DNA of 64,000 nt, from NCBI GenBank assembly GCA_963806185.1, contig CAWDXE010000007.1, positions 160,001-224,000 of the forward strand. The letters are read 5' to 3'. This stretch comes from an uncultured candidate division Zixibacteria bacterium (lineage in GTDB: Bacteria > Zixibacteria > MSB-5A5 > GN15 > FEB-12). Positions within the stretch are counted from its first letter, which is position 1, and each line of letters starts with the position of its first letter. Shown here piece by piece: positions 31,539 through 40,351 of the stretch. Under the pieces are notes generated by a model. The model did no database searches. It worked only from the letters and a program-made list of their open reading frames with translations, and was not told where the DNA came from. Position numbers and translations under genes: made by a program.

Positions 31539-32785
31539 ATGGCAAAGTACAAACATATTCGCATTCCTGAAGGCGGTGAAACGATCACCGTCAAGAACAA
31601 GAAGCTGGTCATCCCGGACAAGCCGATCATCCCGGTTATCGAGGGTGACGGCATCGGCAAGGACATCATGACCGCAACGCGCCGGGTCGTCGACGCCGCC
31701 GTGGAGAAGGCCTACGGTGGGAAGAAGAAGATCGCCTGGATGGACATCTACGCCGGCGACAAGGCTTCCGAGCTGTACGGCGAGGTGGCTGCCGAAGGAG
31801 ACGATCGACGCGATCAAGAAATACTATGTCGCTCTCAAGGGGCCGCTGACCACGCCGGTCGGCGGCGGTTTCCGGTCGCTCAATGTCACGATGCGCCAGG
31901 TGATGAACCTGTACGCCTGCGTGCGTCCGGTGCGGTATTTCAAGGGAGTCGGCTCGCCGGTAGTGCATCCGGAGAGGCTGAATGTGGTCATCTTCCGCGA
32001 GAACACCGAGGATGTCTACGCCGGTATCGAGTGGAAGAAGGGGAGCCCGGAGGTGAAGAAAGTCATCAACTGGCTCAACAAGAACATGAAGACCAAGATT
32101 CGGCCCGATTCGGGTATCGGCATCAAGCCGATGTCGGCGACCGGTTCGAAGCGGCTGGTCCGCAAGGCGCTCCAGCACGCCATCGACAACAAGCTGCCGT
32201 CGGTGACGCTGGTGCACAAGGGAAACATCATGAAGTACACCGAAGGCGCGTTCCGTGACTGGGGGTACGAGGTAGCCAAGAAGGAATTCGGCGACAAGTT
32301 CGTCACCGAGGCCGAAGTGTTCGAGAAGCACAACGGCGTAACGCCGGCAGGGAAGATCATGATCAAGGATCGCATCGCCGATTCGATTTTCCAGCAGGTG
32401 CTGTCTGCGTCCGGATGAGTACTCCGTGCTGGCGACGCCGAACTTGAACGGCGATTATCTGTCCGACGCCTGCGCCGCGCAGGTGGGCGGACTGGGGATG
32501 GCGCCGGGGGCGAATATCGGTGACTTTATCGGCCTGTTCGAGGCGACGCACGGTACCGCGCCCAAGTACACCGACAAGGATATGGCGAATCCCGGTTCGT
32601 TGTTGTTGTCGGCGGTGCTGATGCTTCGCTACATGGGGTGGGACGAAGCGGCGAATCGGATCGAGGCCGCGATCGAGAAGACGATTTCGCAGAAGACGGT
32701 GACGTACGATTTGGAGCGTCAGATGGAAGGCGCGACGAAAGTGCCGACATCGGGTTTTGCGACGGCGATAATCAGCAATCTGTGA
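31539..32785 (+). CDS. icd: NADP-dependent isocitrate dehydrogenase (+1 frameshifts near 31784 and 32404)
   Basis: [58 protein letters not shown] across three consecutive frames. Confidence 0.95.
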
Positions 32786-32858
32786 TATCTGTATCTACTG
32801 CGTGGCGCACGGAGACGTGCGCCATGTATCGATATCGACTCAATCAGACCGCGACCAC

Positions 32859-32885
32859 AAAAAAGCCCGCGTTGCCGCGGGCTTT
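32859..32885. terminator. bidirectional intrinsic terminator between icd and the RRM gene
   Basis: AAAAAAGCCCGCG-TTGC-CGCGGGCTTT. Confidence 0.8.
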
Positions 32886-32910
32886 GTGTTTTCAATTAGA
32901 ATTGCGAGGC

Positions 32911-33273
32911 TTACCAGCCGCCGCGACGACCACCGCCGCCACCGCTGCCACCACGACCACCACCGCCACCGCGGTTGAAACCACCGCCGCCGCCACTGCG
33001 GCCGCCACCACCGCCACCACCAGTGCGCGGTTCGCGCGGCTTGGCTTCGTTGACCACGATCGCGCGGCCGTCGAACTCTTTACCGTTGAGTTCGGCGATC
33101 GCCTTCTGAGCGTCGTCATTCGAAGTCATGGCAATAAACCCGAAACCACGGGACTTGCCGGTGAACTTGTCGGTGACGATGTTGGCACGGCCAACTTCGC
33201 CAAACTGTTCGAAGATCTGTCGCAGATCCGCGTCGCTCATGTCAAATGAGAGATTGCCGACGTAGATATCCAT
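32911..33273 (-). CDS. RRM RNA-binding protein with Gly/Arg-rich tail
   Basis: IYVGNL (RNP2), RGFGFI (RNP1), RGG/Gly-rich C-terminus. Confidence 0.95.
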   Translation of the reverse strand: MDIYVGNLSFDMSDADLRQIFEQFGEVGRANIVTDKFTGKSRGFGFIAMTSNDDAQKAIAELNGKEFDGRAIVVNEAKPREPRTGGGGGGGRSGGGGGFNRGGGGGRGGSGGGGGRRGGW

Positions 33274-33540
33274 CTGTTACTCCATACGTTTGTATTTGGG
33301 CGGCGCGGCCTCTATGCGAGGATCAACATCCACAAATACCTGATTGCTGCGCACCATTGCGCTGGGTCACCAAAATAACCTGTGTCTGTTGATTGATCTT
33401 GTGGGAAGAATCGTAAGATACCATTAGTTTCGGAGACTCGTTAACTCTGCCTCAATAAACACTGTTTTCGGCAAAAAGGATAATAAATCTCACGACAAAC
33501 AAAGAATTTTTTGGCCCACAATCGCGGTGTTCAAATGCGA

Positions 33541-33569
33541 TTGCAATCGGTAACTCATTGACGTATAAT
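33541..33569 (+). promoter_or_regulatory. sigma70-type promoter, probably leaderless transcript
   Basis: TTGCAA-N17-TATAAT with ATG 5 nt after the -10 box. Confidence 0.6.
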
Positions 33570-33574
33570 GGCAT

Positions 33575-34144
33575 ATGGACAAATTAAAGTCGAAACACTT
33601 CGCCGACAGCCGGCTCTGGCGGGCCTGGCTCAAGCAGAATCATGCGTCCGAGACCGAAATCTGGCTCAAATTCTTCAAGAAGCATACGGGAAAGGAAGGG
33701 TTGACGTATCTCGGTGCGCTGGAGGAAGCGCTCTGCTACGGCTGGATTGATACGACGGTACGCACGATTGATGATAGATGTTACATGCAGCGGTTCACAC
33801 CGCGGCGAAAAGGGAGCCTCTGGTCGGAGCTGAACCGTAAGCGAATGAAGGCGCTGGTGGCATCGAAGCGAATGACCACGGCGGGGCTGGCGGTGTTTGA
33901 CGAATCGGCGCCGGTCGCGACGAGTAAACTGAGGAATTTGCCGCCGATTCCCGTGCCGGACGATCTGCTGAGGGCGCTCGAAAGGAACCCGGAGGCGAAA
34001 GCGAATTTCGCCAAACTAACAGAGAAGTATACGCAGCTTTGTTTGCGGTGGATAACAGTCGCGAAGAAAACAGAGACGCGCGCGAAGCGGGTGGCGGAGT
34101 TTGTGGAGCTAACGGCGAAAAAAAAGCGGCTGGGGATGAAGTAG
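33575..34144 (+). CDS. YdeI/OmpD-associated family protein
   Basis: WRAWL, EEALCYGWID, RFTPRR..SLWSELN, AKKTETRAKR. Confidence 0.9.
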   Translation: MDKLKSKHFADSRLWRAWLKQNHASETEIWLKFFKKHTGKEGLTYLGALEEALCYGWIDTTVRTIDDRCYMQRFTPRRKGSLWSELNRKRMKALVASKRMTTAGLAVFDESAPVATSKLRNLPPIPVPDDLLRALERNPEAKANFAKLTEKYTQLCLRWITVAKKTETRAKRVAEFVELTAKKKRLGMK

Positions 34145-34161
34145 GCGCGCTTGATGCACGC

Positions 34162-36909
34162 CTACTTCACCAGCAGCATTTTCTTCTGCAGAGCCGTACC
34201 ATCGGCGGTCACGCGGTAGAGATACACGCCGCTGGCGGCAATATCACCGGAATCATCACAGCCATTCCATATGATTCTGTGAGTACCGGCACCCATTGGC
34301 CCGTTGAGCAGAGTAGCGACCTTGCGGCCGAGCGAATTGAAAATTTCCACCCGAGCGTTGGCGGCGCTGGGCAGAGCGAATTCAATCACCGTGCTCGGAT
34401 TGAACGGGTTGGGATAATTTTGCGCAAGCGCGAAGGAGGACGGCAGGCGATCATTCGGATTGTCGGCCACGTCGGTCGGCTCGTAGACGTAGTAGTTCCC
34501 CCACACCGAGGCGCCGTTTTCGCGGGGATCGATCCAGACAGTCCAGGCGTTGCCGACGGCGGCGTAGACGGTCGGGGAGACAACATATTCGGGTGTGCCG
34601 TTGGTCATCTGTTGATTGGCGCCGATGGGAAGGAAACCGCTGGTGAAGGCCTGCAGCCAGACGCGTGTTTGAGCGGCGCGGTGATCGATCCACGACGCGG
34701 CGATGTAGCCGGCGTTGTCGATGGAGACTGACGGTGTTTCCGCATCCGACGCAGCCAGATCGTTGAAGTTGTACGGGGCGAGCGTCTGAGTGCCGGTCGA
34801 GGAAAGGGCAGCAATATAGATGTCTTTCGCTGCGCCGTTGAGAGTCGTGAAGACGACCGCCAGCGCTCCGGCTGGGGTGACGGCGGCGGACATTTCTTCA
34901 ATCGTCTCGGTAGGCGTCCAGGTGAATGAACCGACTTCGCTCTTGTTCGTATTGTACAGATGCGCCTTCACACTCGGAGATGCGGTGCCGTGGTCAAGCC
35001 AGGAGACCCAGAAGCGGTCACTATTATCCGTTCCGATACACAGATCATCGTTCTGGGTGTCGGTAGCGACGGTGGACACGCGGAAGTCTGCTCCATCGTT
35101 TGAGCCGTCGGCGTTTCGCCAATGCCCCCACACCTGGTAGCTACCGTCGCGATTGTCCAGCCAGACAACCAGCGCCCGGCCGTTGGGGCGACTGGCCACC
35201 CTGGGAGATCGTTTGGAGGCGACGCTGGCGGAGTCGGAAATGATGAATTCATTGGAATAAAACGTGCCATACCTGCTGCTGAGTCGTCCGTAGATCCGTT
35301 GGCCGGATACGGCGTTGACCGCTCGGCCATCGACCCAGGCGATGAGCACCTGTGAGTCGGCCGCGGCGGCAGTCGGTTCCGACTGAAGATTCGAGCCGAT
35401 ATCCTGATTGACTTTTACGTTCGTTCCGACCAATCCACCGAAGTAGCCGAAGCGCTGGAGATAGATGTCTCCCGCATCGGCTCGTCGAGAAGAGAAGACG
35501 GATATCCACCACCAACCGGTACCTGAGATCACGGAGGCGGATGCAACGGGACTGCCGGCGGCGTCGTCGTTGAGTCGGATTTCACTTCCGAACAGCCGGT
35601 TACCGAGAGTGTCGAAAGCCATCATCTGAGCGTCGGCGTCTTCGCTTACAAATTCGGTCCAGACGACACCAAAGTTATTTTCGGCGGCGAACCGGGCTGC
35701 GGGGCCCCAGCGGTGACCGTCGGCGTCAAGATTGACAGAGAGCAGTGATCCGGCGGTGGTGAGAGCAGCGCCGAAGCGCTGAGATTGGATTAGGTTGGTC
35801 GATTGCGACGCACCCCAGGAAGCCAGGAGTTTTCCACTGGTGGCTACGGCAAGATTGAGATCCCAGTTGGTGGTGACGGAGTCGCCCGAGCTGATGAGCG
35901 TGTTGGCTCCCGCAAGGCCGGAAATCGGGTCGTAGCGCTGGAGATAGACTTCCTGTCCCGTGCGGCGATCGATCCACCCGATGACGTACTGATTCAACGA
36001 GGAATAGGCGACCTGCGGCGCATACTGCGCATAGTTTGACTCGGGGGACGGTACCAGGGCAAAATCATTGCCGATCGATGCTCCCGCTCCGGTGAAGAGT
36101 CGGGCGTATATGTCGGCCTGACCGTTGCGGTAATCTTCCCATGCTACCAGATACCCTGAGCCGGATTGTACGGCAACCGAGGGAACCCAGCGCTGGGAAC
36201 TGGAAGCGTCGGAATGTACGGTGGTCGGTCCGGCGACAGTAGCGCCGGCGGCGTTGTAGACGCGCATCTGGATCGTGGAGCCGGTCACGCCGTAGTTCTC
36301 CCAGACGACAACGGTGCGTCCGTCGGGAAAGACAGCAACGTCGTACGGACCTGCGAAGGCGCTGTTGCTGGAATCGTTGACCACGAAGGGGGCCAGATTC
36401 TCGGTGAGATCCGCATTGTACCGCGAGCCGTAGATGAGACCGTTGGTGCGATCTCGATAAAACAGATATACCAAACCGACCGAGTCGGTGAGGATTTCCG
36501 GATCGATGAAGTCGGCACCGGTGGTCGAGCCGGCAGCCAGTACATTGGCGCCCACCAGCGTACCGCCAGTAGTCAACCGTTGCTGCCATATTTTCTCACT
36601 CCCGGAACGGTTATCGTTCCAGACGGCCAACCAGTCGCTGTTGGCCAGAACAGCCAGTCGGACATGGTCCTGGGTGAACATGGCGGGGGAGCCAGCCTCG
36701 GAAAGACGTAGGTCGGAACCGGCGGAGCTCGCCTGGGGCAAGGCAGGGGGGGTCGAGATATACGTTCGTTGGGTGAGATTCAATCCGGATAACTGATCCC
36801 GGTGAATCTGGTCCCGGTCAAATCCGTGTGTTACCGATGTCGTTGCCAGGATCAGGCCGACGCTGAGAGCAGTGCGAAGAGCAGGTGCCATACATCCTCG
36901 AATATACAC
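34162..36909 (-). CDS. secreted repeat (beta-propeller-like) protein with C-terminal FlgD-Ig/T9SS-type-A-like sorting domain
   Basis: Signal peptide; repeated (A/V)WxDxRxG..DIY units; LAQNYPNPFNP...ASGVYLYRV...KKMLLVK; start may be 36891. Confidence 0.85.
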   Translation of the reverse strand: MYIRGCMAPALRTALSVGLILATTSVTHGFDRDQIHRDQLSGLNLTQRTYISTPPALPQASSAGSDLRLSEAGSPAMFTQDHVRLAVLANSDWLAVWNDNRSGSEKIWQQRLTTGGTLVGANVLAAGSTTGADFIDPEILTDSVGLVYLFYRDRTNGLIYGSRYNADLTENLAPFVVNDSSNSAFAGPYDVAVFPDGRTVVVWENYGVTGSTIQMRVYNAAGATVAGPTTVHSDASSSQRWVPSVAVQSGSGYLVAWEDYRNGQADIYARLFTGAGASIGNDFALVPSPESNYAQYAPQVAYSSLNQYVIGWIDRRTGQEVYLQRYDPISGLAGANTLISSGDSVTTNWDLNLAVATSGKLLASWGASQSTNLIQSQRFGAALTTAGSLLSVNLDADGHRWGPAARFAAENNFGVVWTEFVSEDADAQMMAFDTLGNRLFGSEIRLNDDAAGSPVASASVISGTGWWWISVFSSRRADAGDIYLQRFGYFGGLVGTNVKVNQDIGSNLQSEPTAAAADSQVLIAWVDGRAVNAVSGQRIYGRLSSRYGTFYSNEFIISDSASVASKRSPRVASRPNGRALVVWLDNRDGSYQVWGHWRNADGSNDGADFRVSTVATDTQNDDLCIGTDNSDRFWVSWLDHGTASPSVKAHLYNTNKSEVGSFTWTPTETIEEMSAAVTPAGALAVVFTTLNGAAKDIYIAALSSTGTQTLAPYNFNDLAASDAETPSVSIDNAGYIAASWIDHRAAQTRVWLQAFTSGFLPIGANQQMTNGTPEYVVSPTVYAAVGNAWTVWIDPRENGASVWGNYYVYEPTDVADNPNDRLPSSFALAQNYPNPFNPSTVIEFALPSAANARVEIFNSLGRKVATLLNGPMGAGTHRIIWNGCDDSGDIAASGVYLYRVTADGTALQKKMLLVK

Positions 36910-37168
36910 TTTTTGGGTCGGTGATAAAATATGGTTCTGGGAGTATTCCCAGTCGCCTCGGGGCCTCTTCTGGGAGGATTTTCGTAATGTTATATATAAC
37001 TTACGGTTACGCCGGTAAAGGGTGATTGCCCGATTTCCACGACAACAATTTTACAGTTTATTCTCATGTTCCGACCAAATCGATTGTCAGAAAGTATATC
37101 GGCGCAAAAGTGCGATTGGTTCACCTTGCGCAAGTTATTCACATATGAAGAATTAGGGGAATTTCCGG

Positions 37169-37194
37169 TGAAACTTACCCGGGGTGGTTTCGTA
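37169..37194 (+). promoter_or_regulatory. ECF (SigW-like) promoter
   Basis: TGAAAC-N16-CGTA upstream of the DUF4097 gene. Confidence 0.5.
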
Positions 37195-37328
37195 ATGCTT
37201 ACTGTAGGGGGCGACCTGCCTTTTGTATTGGCCGGGGGCCCCCCAACAATGCATACTCGGATGTCCTGCCGGGCTTTTTGATGGGGAAGAATATTGCGGC
37301 GGGCGGGTAGCACAAACAGGTGAGTAGC

Positions 37329-39179
37329 ATGGGTAGAATTCGTCCGAACCACATTGTTTTGGGTATCGCCATTCTGGCTGTGGCTGGGATTGTCTATGGG
37401 CAATCGTCGTCGGGCGGAACGAGCAAATCCAAGGCAAGGGCTGGTACCGACGAAATTCACGAAGTTGCCACCGAGTATGTCGACCTTCTTCAGGGACTGC
37501 GCGACGTCATTTCAGATTACAGCGACTACCTTGGTTCGGATGGGCTAGACTCGCGCGCCGTTCTTGAGACGTCACTCGACAAGTTCAGTGAGGGGCTCGA
37601 TGAAGAGATCTACATGCGGGACAACAAAGTCCTGGAACAAGATCTGTCGGCGGTGTCGGCGCGAGTGGTCGCTGAGAGAGCCCAGTTGGGGAAATCGTCG
37701 GACGCCAGATCGCAGAAGGCGATGCGTGTACTGCGAAGCTTCGAGCGCGAGTTGCAGTTGATTCAGGAACTGCTGTCCGAGCACAATGCCCGTCTGGCCG
37801 AGATGAATATTCGCCAGGCGGAAGTTGCGGACGCTGTGGGCGGAGATTTGTCCTCGAGCCTTGAAAAACTGAAGCAGAGCCTGAAACTGCTGCAAAAGAA
37901 CTCCAAGAAAACCTATGTGATAGAAATGCCGCCGATCCCCAAGGCGCCCGTGCCCTCCATTCCATCGGTACCGTCAACGGGGACGCCCGCGCCGACTATC
38001 CCCAGGATTGCTGTCCCGCCGATTGGCGCCGCAGCTGGTGTGCGGGGGATGCCCAGAGAATTTAGCGGTACCATGCATGTTACGTCGTCGGGTGCCCCCA
38101 TCTACATCTCAAACCCATCAGGCAATGTCGAAGTGGCCGGGTGGGGAGAGAGTGACATCACTGTTGTGCTCGAAGTCGAAATAGCGTCCGGTTCCCGGGC
38201 GACTGAGAAGGAATTGATTGATCAGATCAGCCTGACGTTGGAAAATCCCTCGAACGGCCGGTACAATGTCCGAGTGGGATTTCCCAGAATCAGCGATCCA
38301 AAAACGCGAATAGTAGCCAGCCGGCTGGCGGTAAACGTACCGTTTCAGAACCGAATCTATGTGGAGAATGCCTTTGGCGATATGGATGTAAGCGATCTTC
38401 GCGGAGGCGTGGAAGTTACGGGCAATGTGTCGCAGATTCAGGTTTCCTCGATTCGCGGGGGGACCACGGTCAAGAACGCCATGGGGGCAATTTCGGTCTC
38501 GGATGTCAGCGGCGGTCCGACCTTCATCAGCAATTCGTATGGCACGATTTCCGCAAACTCGATTGAAGGCCCGATGACCATACAGAACGCGTTTGCGACC
38601 GTTTCCGTCGAGGATACTCACGGGGAGTTACGCATCAATAACAGCGGTTCCGTCGAGGTCTCCAGTCATGAAGGGAACGTGTCGATCGACAATTCATACG
38701 GCGCGGTTACTTTGGGCGAAATCACCGGGAATGTGACGGTGAAAAATGCCTTTCAGTCGATCGAGGCTCAATCGATTAGCGGCAGTGCACAGCTGGCCAA
38801 CCAGTACGGCAGTATCACGGCAGAAGAAGTGGGCGATGGGCTGAGCGTGTCCAATTCGTTTGGCTCGACTGATCTGTCACAGATCCGAGGGCGGCTCGAT
38901 TTGAACTCGACAAATGGCAGTCTGCGGGTGAACCTCGACGGTCAATTGCTCGGTGCCTCCACTATTGTTGCCAATGCCGGCAGTGTCTTTTTGAATTTGG
39001 CTGACAATCAGGATTTGCTGTTCAAGGCTCGGGTGGAGGGGGGCAGTGTGACAAGCGAGGAGCCGATGGATATGTCGAATGATGGCTCAGTGAAAACAGT
39101 CGTTCTTCGACTGGGCGCCGGACGTCAGGCTCTGAGTCTCCGCGGGATTGGCTCGTCGATTGTCATCGCCCGCGATTGA
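37329..39179 (+). CDS. DUF4097-family beta-strand repeat protein with N-terminal coiled coil
   Basis: Signal peptide, helical region, Pro-rich linker, repeated N(S/A)(F/Y)GxI units. Confidence 0.85.
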   Translation: MGRIRPNHIVLGIAILAVAGIVYGQSSSGGTSKSKARAGTDEIHEVATEYVDLLQGLRDVISDYSDYLGSDGLDSRAVLETSLDKFSEGLDEEIYMRDNKVLEQDLSAVSARVVAERAQLGKSSDARSQKAMRVLRSFERELQLIQELLSEHNARLAEMNIRQAEVADAVGGDLSSSLEKLKQSLKLLQKNSKKTYVIEMPPIPKAPVPSIPSVPSTGTPAPTIPRIAVPPIGAAAGVRGMPREFSGTMHVTSSGAPIYISNPSGNVEVAGWGESDITVVLEVEIASGSRATEKELIDQISLTLENPSNGRYNVRVGFPRISDPKTRIVASRLAVNVPFQNRIYVENAFGDMDVSDLRGGVEVTGNVSQIQVSSIRGGTTVKNAMGAISVSDVSGGPTFISNSYGTISANSIEGPMTIQNAFATVSVEDTHGELRINNSGSVEVSSHEGNVSIDNSYGAVTLGEITGNVTVKNAFQSIEAQSISGSAQLANQYGSITAEEVGDGLSVSNSFGSTDLSQIRGRLDLNSTNGSLRVNLDGQLLGASTIVANAGSVFLNLADNQDLLFKARVEGGSVTSEEPMDMSNDGSVKTVVLRLGAGRQALSLRGIGSSIVIARD

Positions 39180-39206
39180 TCCCGGCAGCGCACTCCTGGG
39201 ACCAGG

Positions 39207-39230
39207 GCCATCCGACAGGATGGCTTTTTT
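39207..39230 (+). terminator. intrinsic terminator
   Basis: GCCATCC-GACA-GGATGGC-TTTTTT. Confidence 0.8.
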
Positions 39231-39263
39231 GTGTGTGGGCATATATGCGGCACGATGGTGACG

Positions 39264-39848
39264 TCAGTATTTGTACTTTGGCTCCCAGCCATTTGGACCG
39301 TTCGGCAGCAGGTCAAGCAAAGGCCAGACGCTACAGAAATCATCGCCTGGGCCGAAGTAGGTATGGGCGACCTGCTCTATCCTGCCGTCGCTGAGTCTGC
39401 GAAAGGTAGACACACCCGGCCACGGATCATTCTTCTCTGAAGCGAAGCCGGAATCGCGGAAGAAGCTGGTGCCGTGAGACGAATACATGCGGAATTTCCA
39501 GCCTCGCGACGCGTAGAATTTCTTCTGAGTCTCCGGATCGTCCGGGGAAATCACCACAAAGGGCGCGCGATTTTCAAGATGCTGCCACACCCCGTTGAGT
39601 CCATCCGCCCATAGGGTACAATACGGGCACTGCTTGCCCATGTTGTGAATGACCATCAGTTCATCGCCGCCGGCGAATAGGCTGCTGAGTGTGACTTGTT
39701 GTCCGTCATGCGTCAGAAACGTGTAGTCGGTTACGGGCGTCGGCGGCTGTTGGCGGCGTAACGTCACCAGTTGTTTCTTCTTCTCCTGAATCTCTTTCTC
39801 CAGAGCGTCGATCTGCGGGAGAATTCTGAACGGCGATGTTGAGCCCAT
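39264..39848 (-). CDS. DUF899 family (thioredoxin-like) protein
   Basis: VTLSSLFAGGDELMVIHNMG..CPYCTLWADG, GWKFRMYS, LLDLLPNG. Confidence 0.85.
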   Translation of the reverse strand: MGSTSPFRILPQIDALEKEIQEKKKQLVTLRRQQPPTPVTDYTFLTHDGQQVTLSSLFAGGDELMVIHNMGKQCPYCTLWADGLNGVWQHLENRAPFVVISPDDPETQKKFYASRGWKFRMYSSHGTSFFRDSGFASEKNDPWPGVSTFRRLSDGRIEQVAHTYFGPGDDFCSVWPLLDLLPNGPNGWEPKYKY

Positions 39849-40230
39849 AGGCTGTCCCCTTACAGTAATTTTGCCAGGTTCCGGTTAGGTGTTCACCCCA
39901 GAGTCAGGGGGTACAAAGGGGAATATACGCTGAAAAGCTGGTGTGTGACAGTCCTTATCGTGGCGTCCATGGACCCGGAATCAGCTTTTCCGAATCAGGG
40001 ATTGGGTGTGCCAGAGCAAGCTATTGGTGTGTTCGCAGCGCTTGTGGGACAACGGGGAGGGCGCCAGGTCTGTCCTCGCGTTGCTCCAATTGCCTGGGAA
40101 TTACGCCTAATGATGCGGTATTCCGGGCTTCGAAGAGGAGATGGGCCGATAATGGCGGGGTAGTGGACCCAGTTTAGGGGGAAGATGATTGTGCCGATAC
40201 CTAACTGACCGGTGTCCGCCGGGAATTGTA

Positions 40231-40259
40231 TTGACAGCGGAGCCATGACAGCGTATCTT
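40231..40259 (+). promoter_or_regulatory. sigma70-type promoter
   Basis: TTGACA-N17-TATCTT. Confidence 0.55.
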
Positions 40260-40351
40260 TTTAGAAATACTTACACAGGCACAAGTCTCGCCCCAATTGG
40301 CACCCGCCTGGTATACTTAGAGTTGACGCGACTACCGTAGGGAGTTCATGC

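Noticed and set aside
25937..31669. Long antisense ORFs (e.g. 25937-26842, 29145-30056, 30491-31669)
   Set aside because: Shadow frames of GC-rich housekeeping genes with no motifs
32415..32418. TGA ending the middle icd fragment as selenocysteine
   Set aside because: The TGA is out of frame after the +1 insertion; the restored frame reads RPDEY
8411..32785. Split genes as true pseudogenes or programmed frameshifts
   Set aside because: All are uniform +1 insertions without a shared slippery motif or sequence decay; better explained as consensus errors
32911..33025. CCA/CCG-rich tandem repeat as a DNA repeat element
   Set aside because: It encodes the Gly-rich tail of the RRM protein
39850..40230. 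Short ORFs or ncRNA in the DUF899-SBBP intergenic region
   Set aside because: No convincing RBS, motif or stable nested structure recognised
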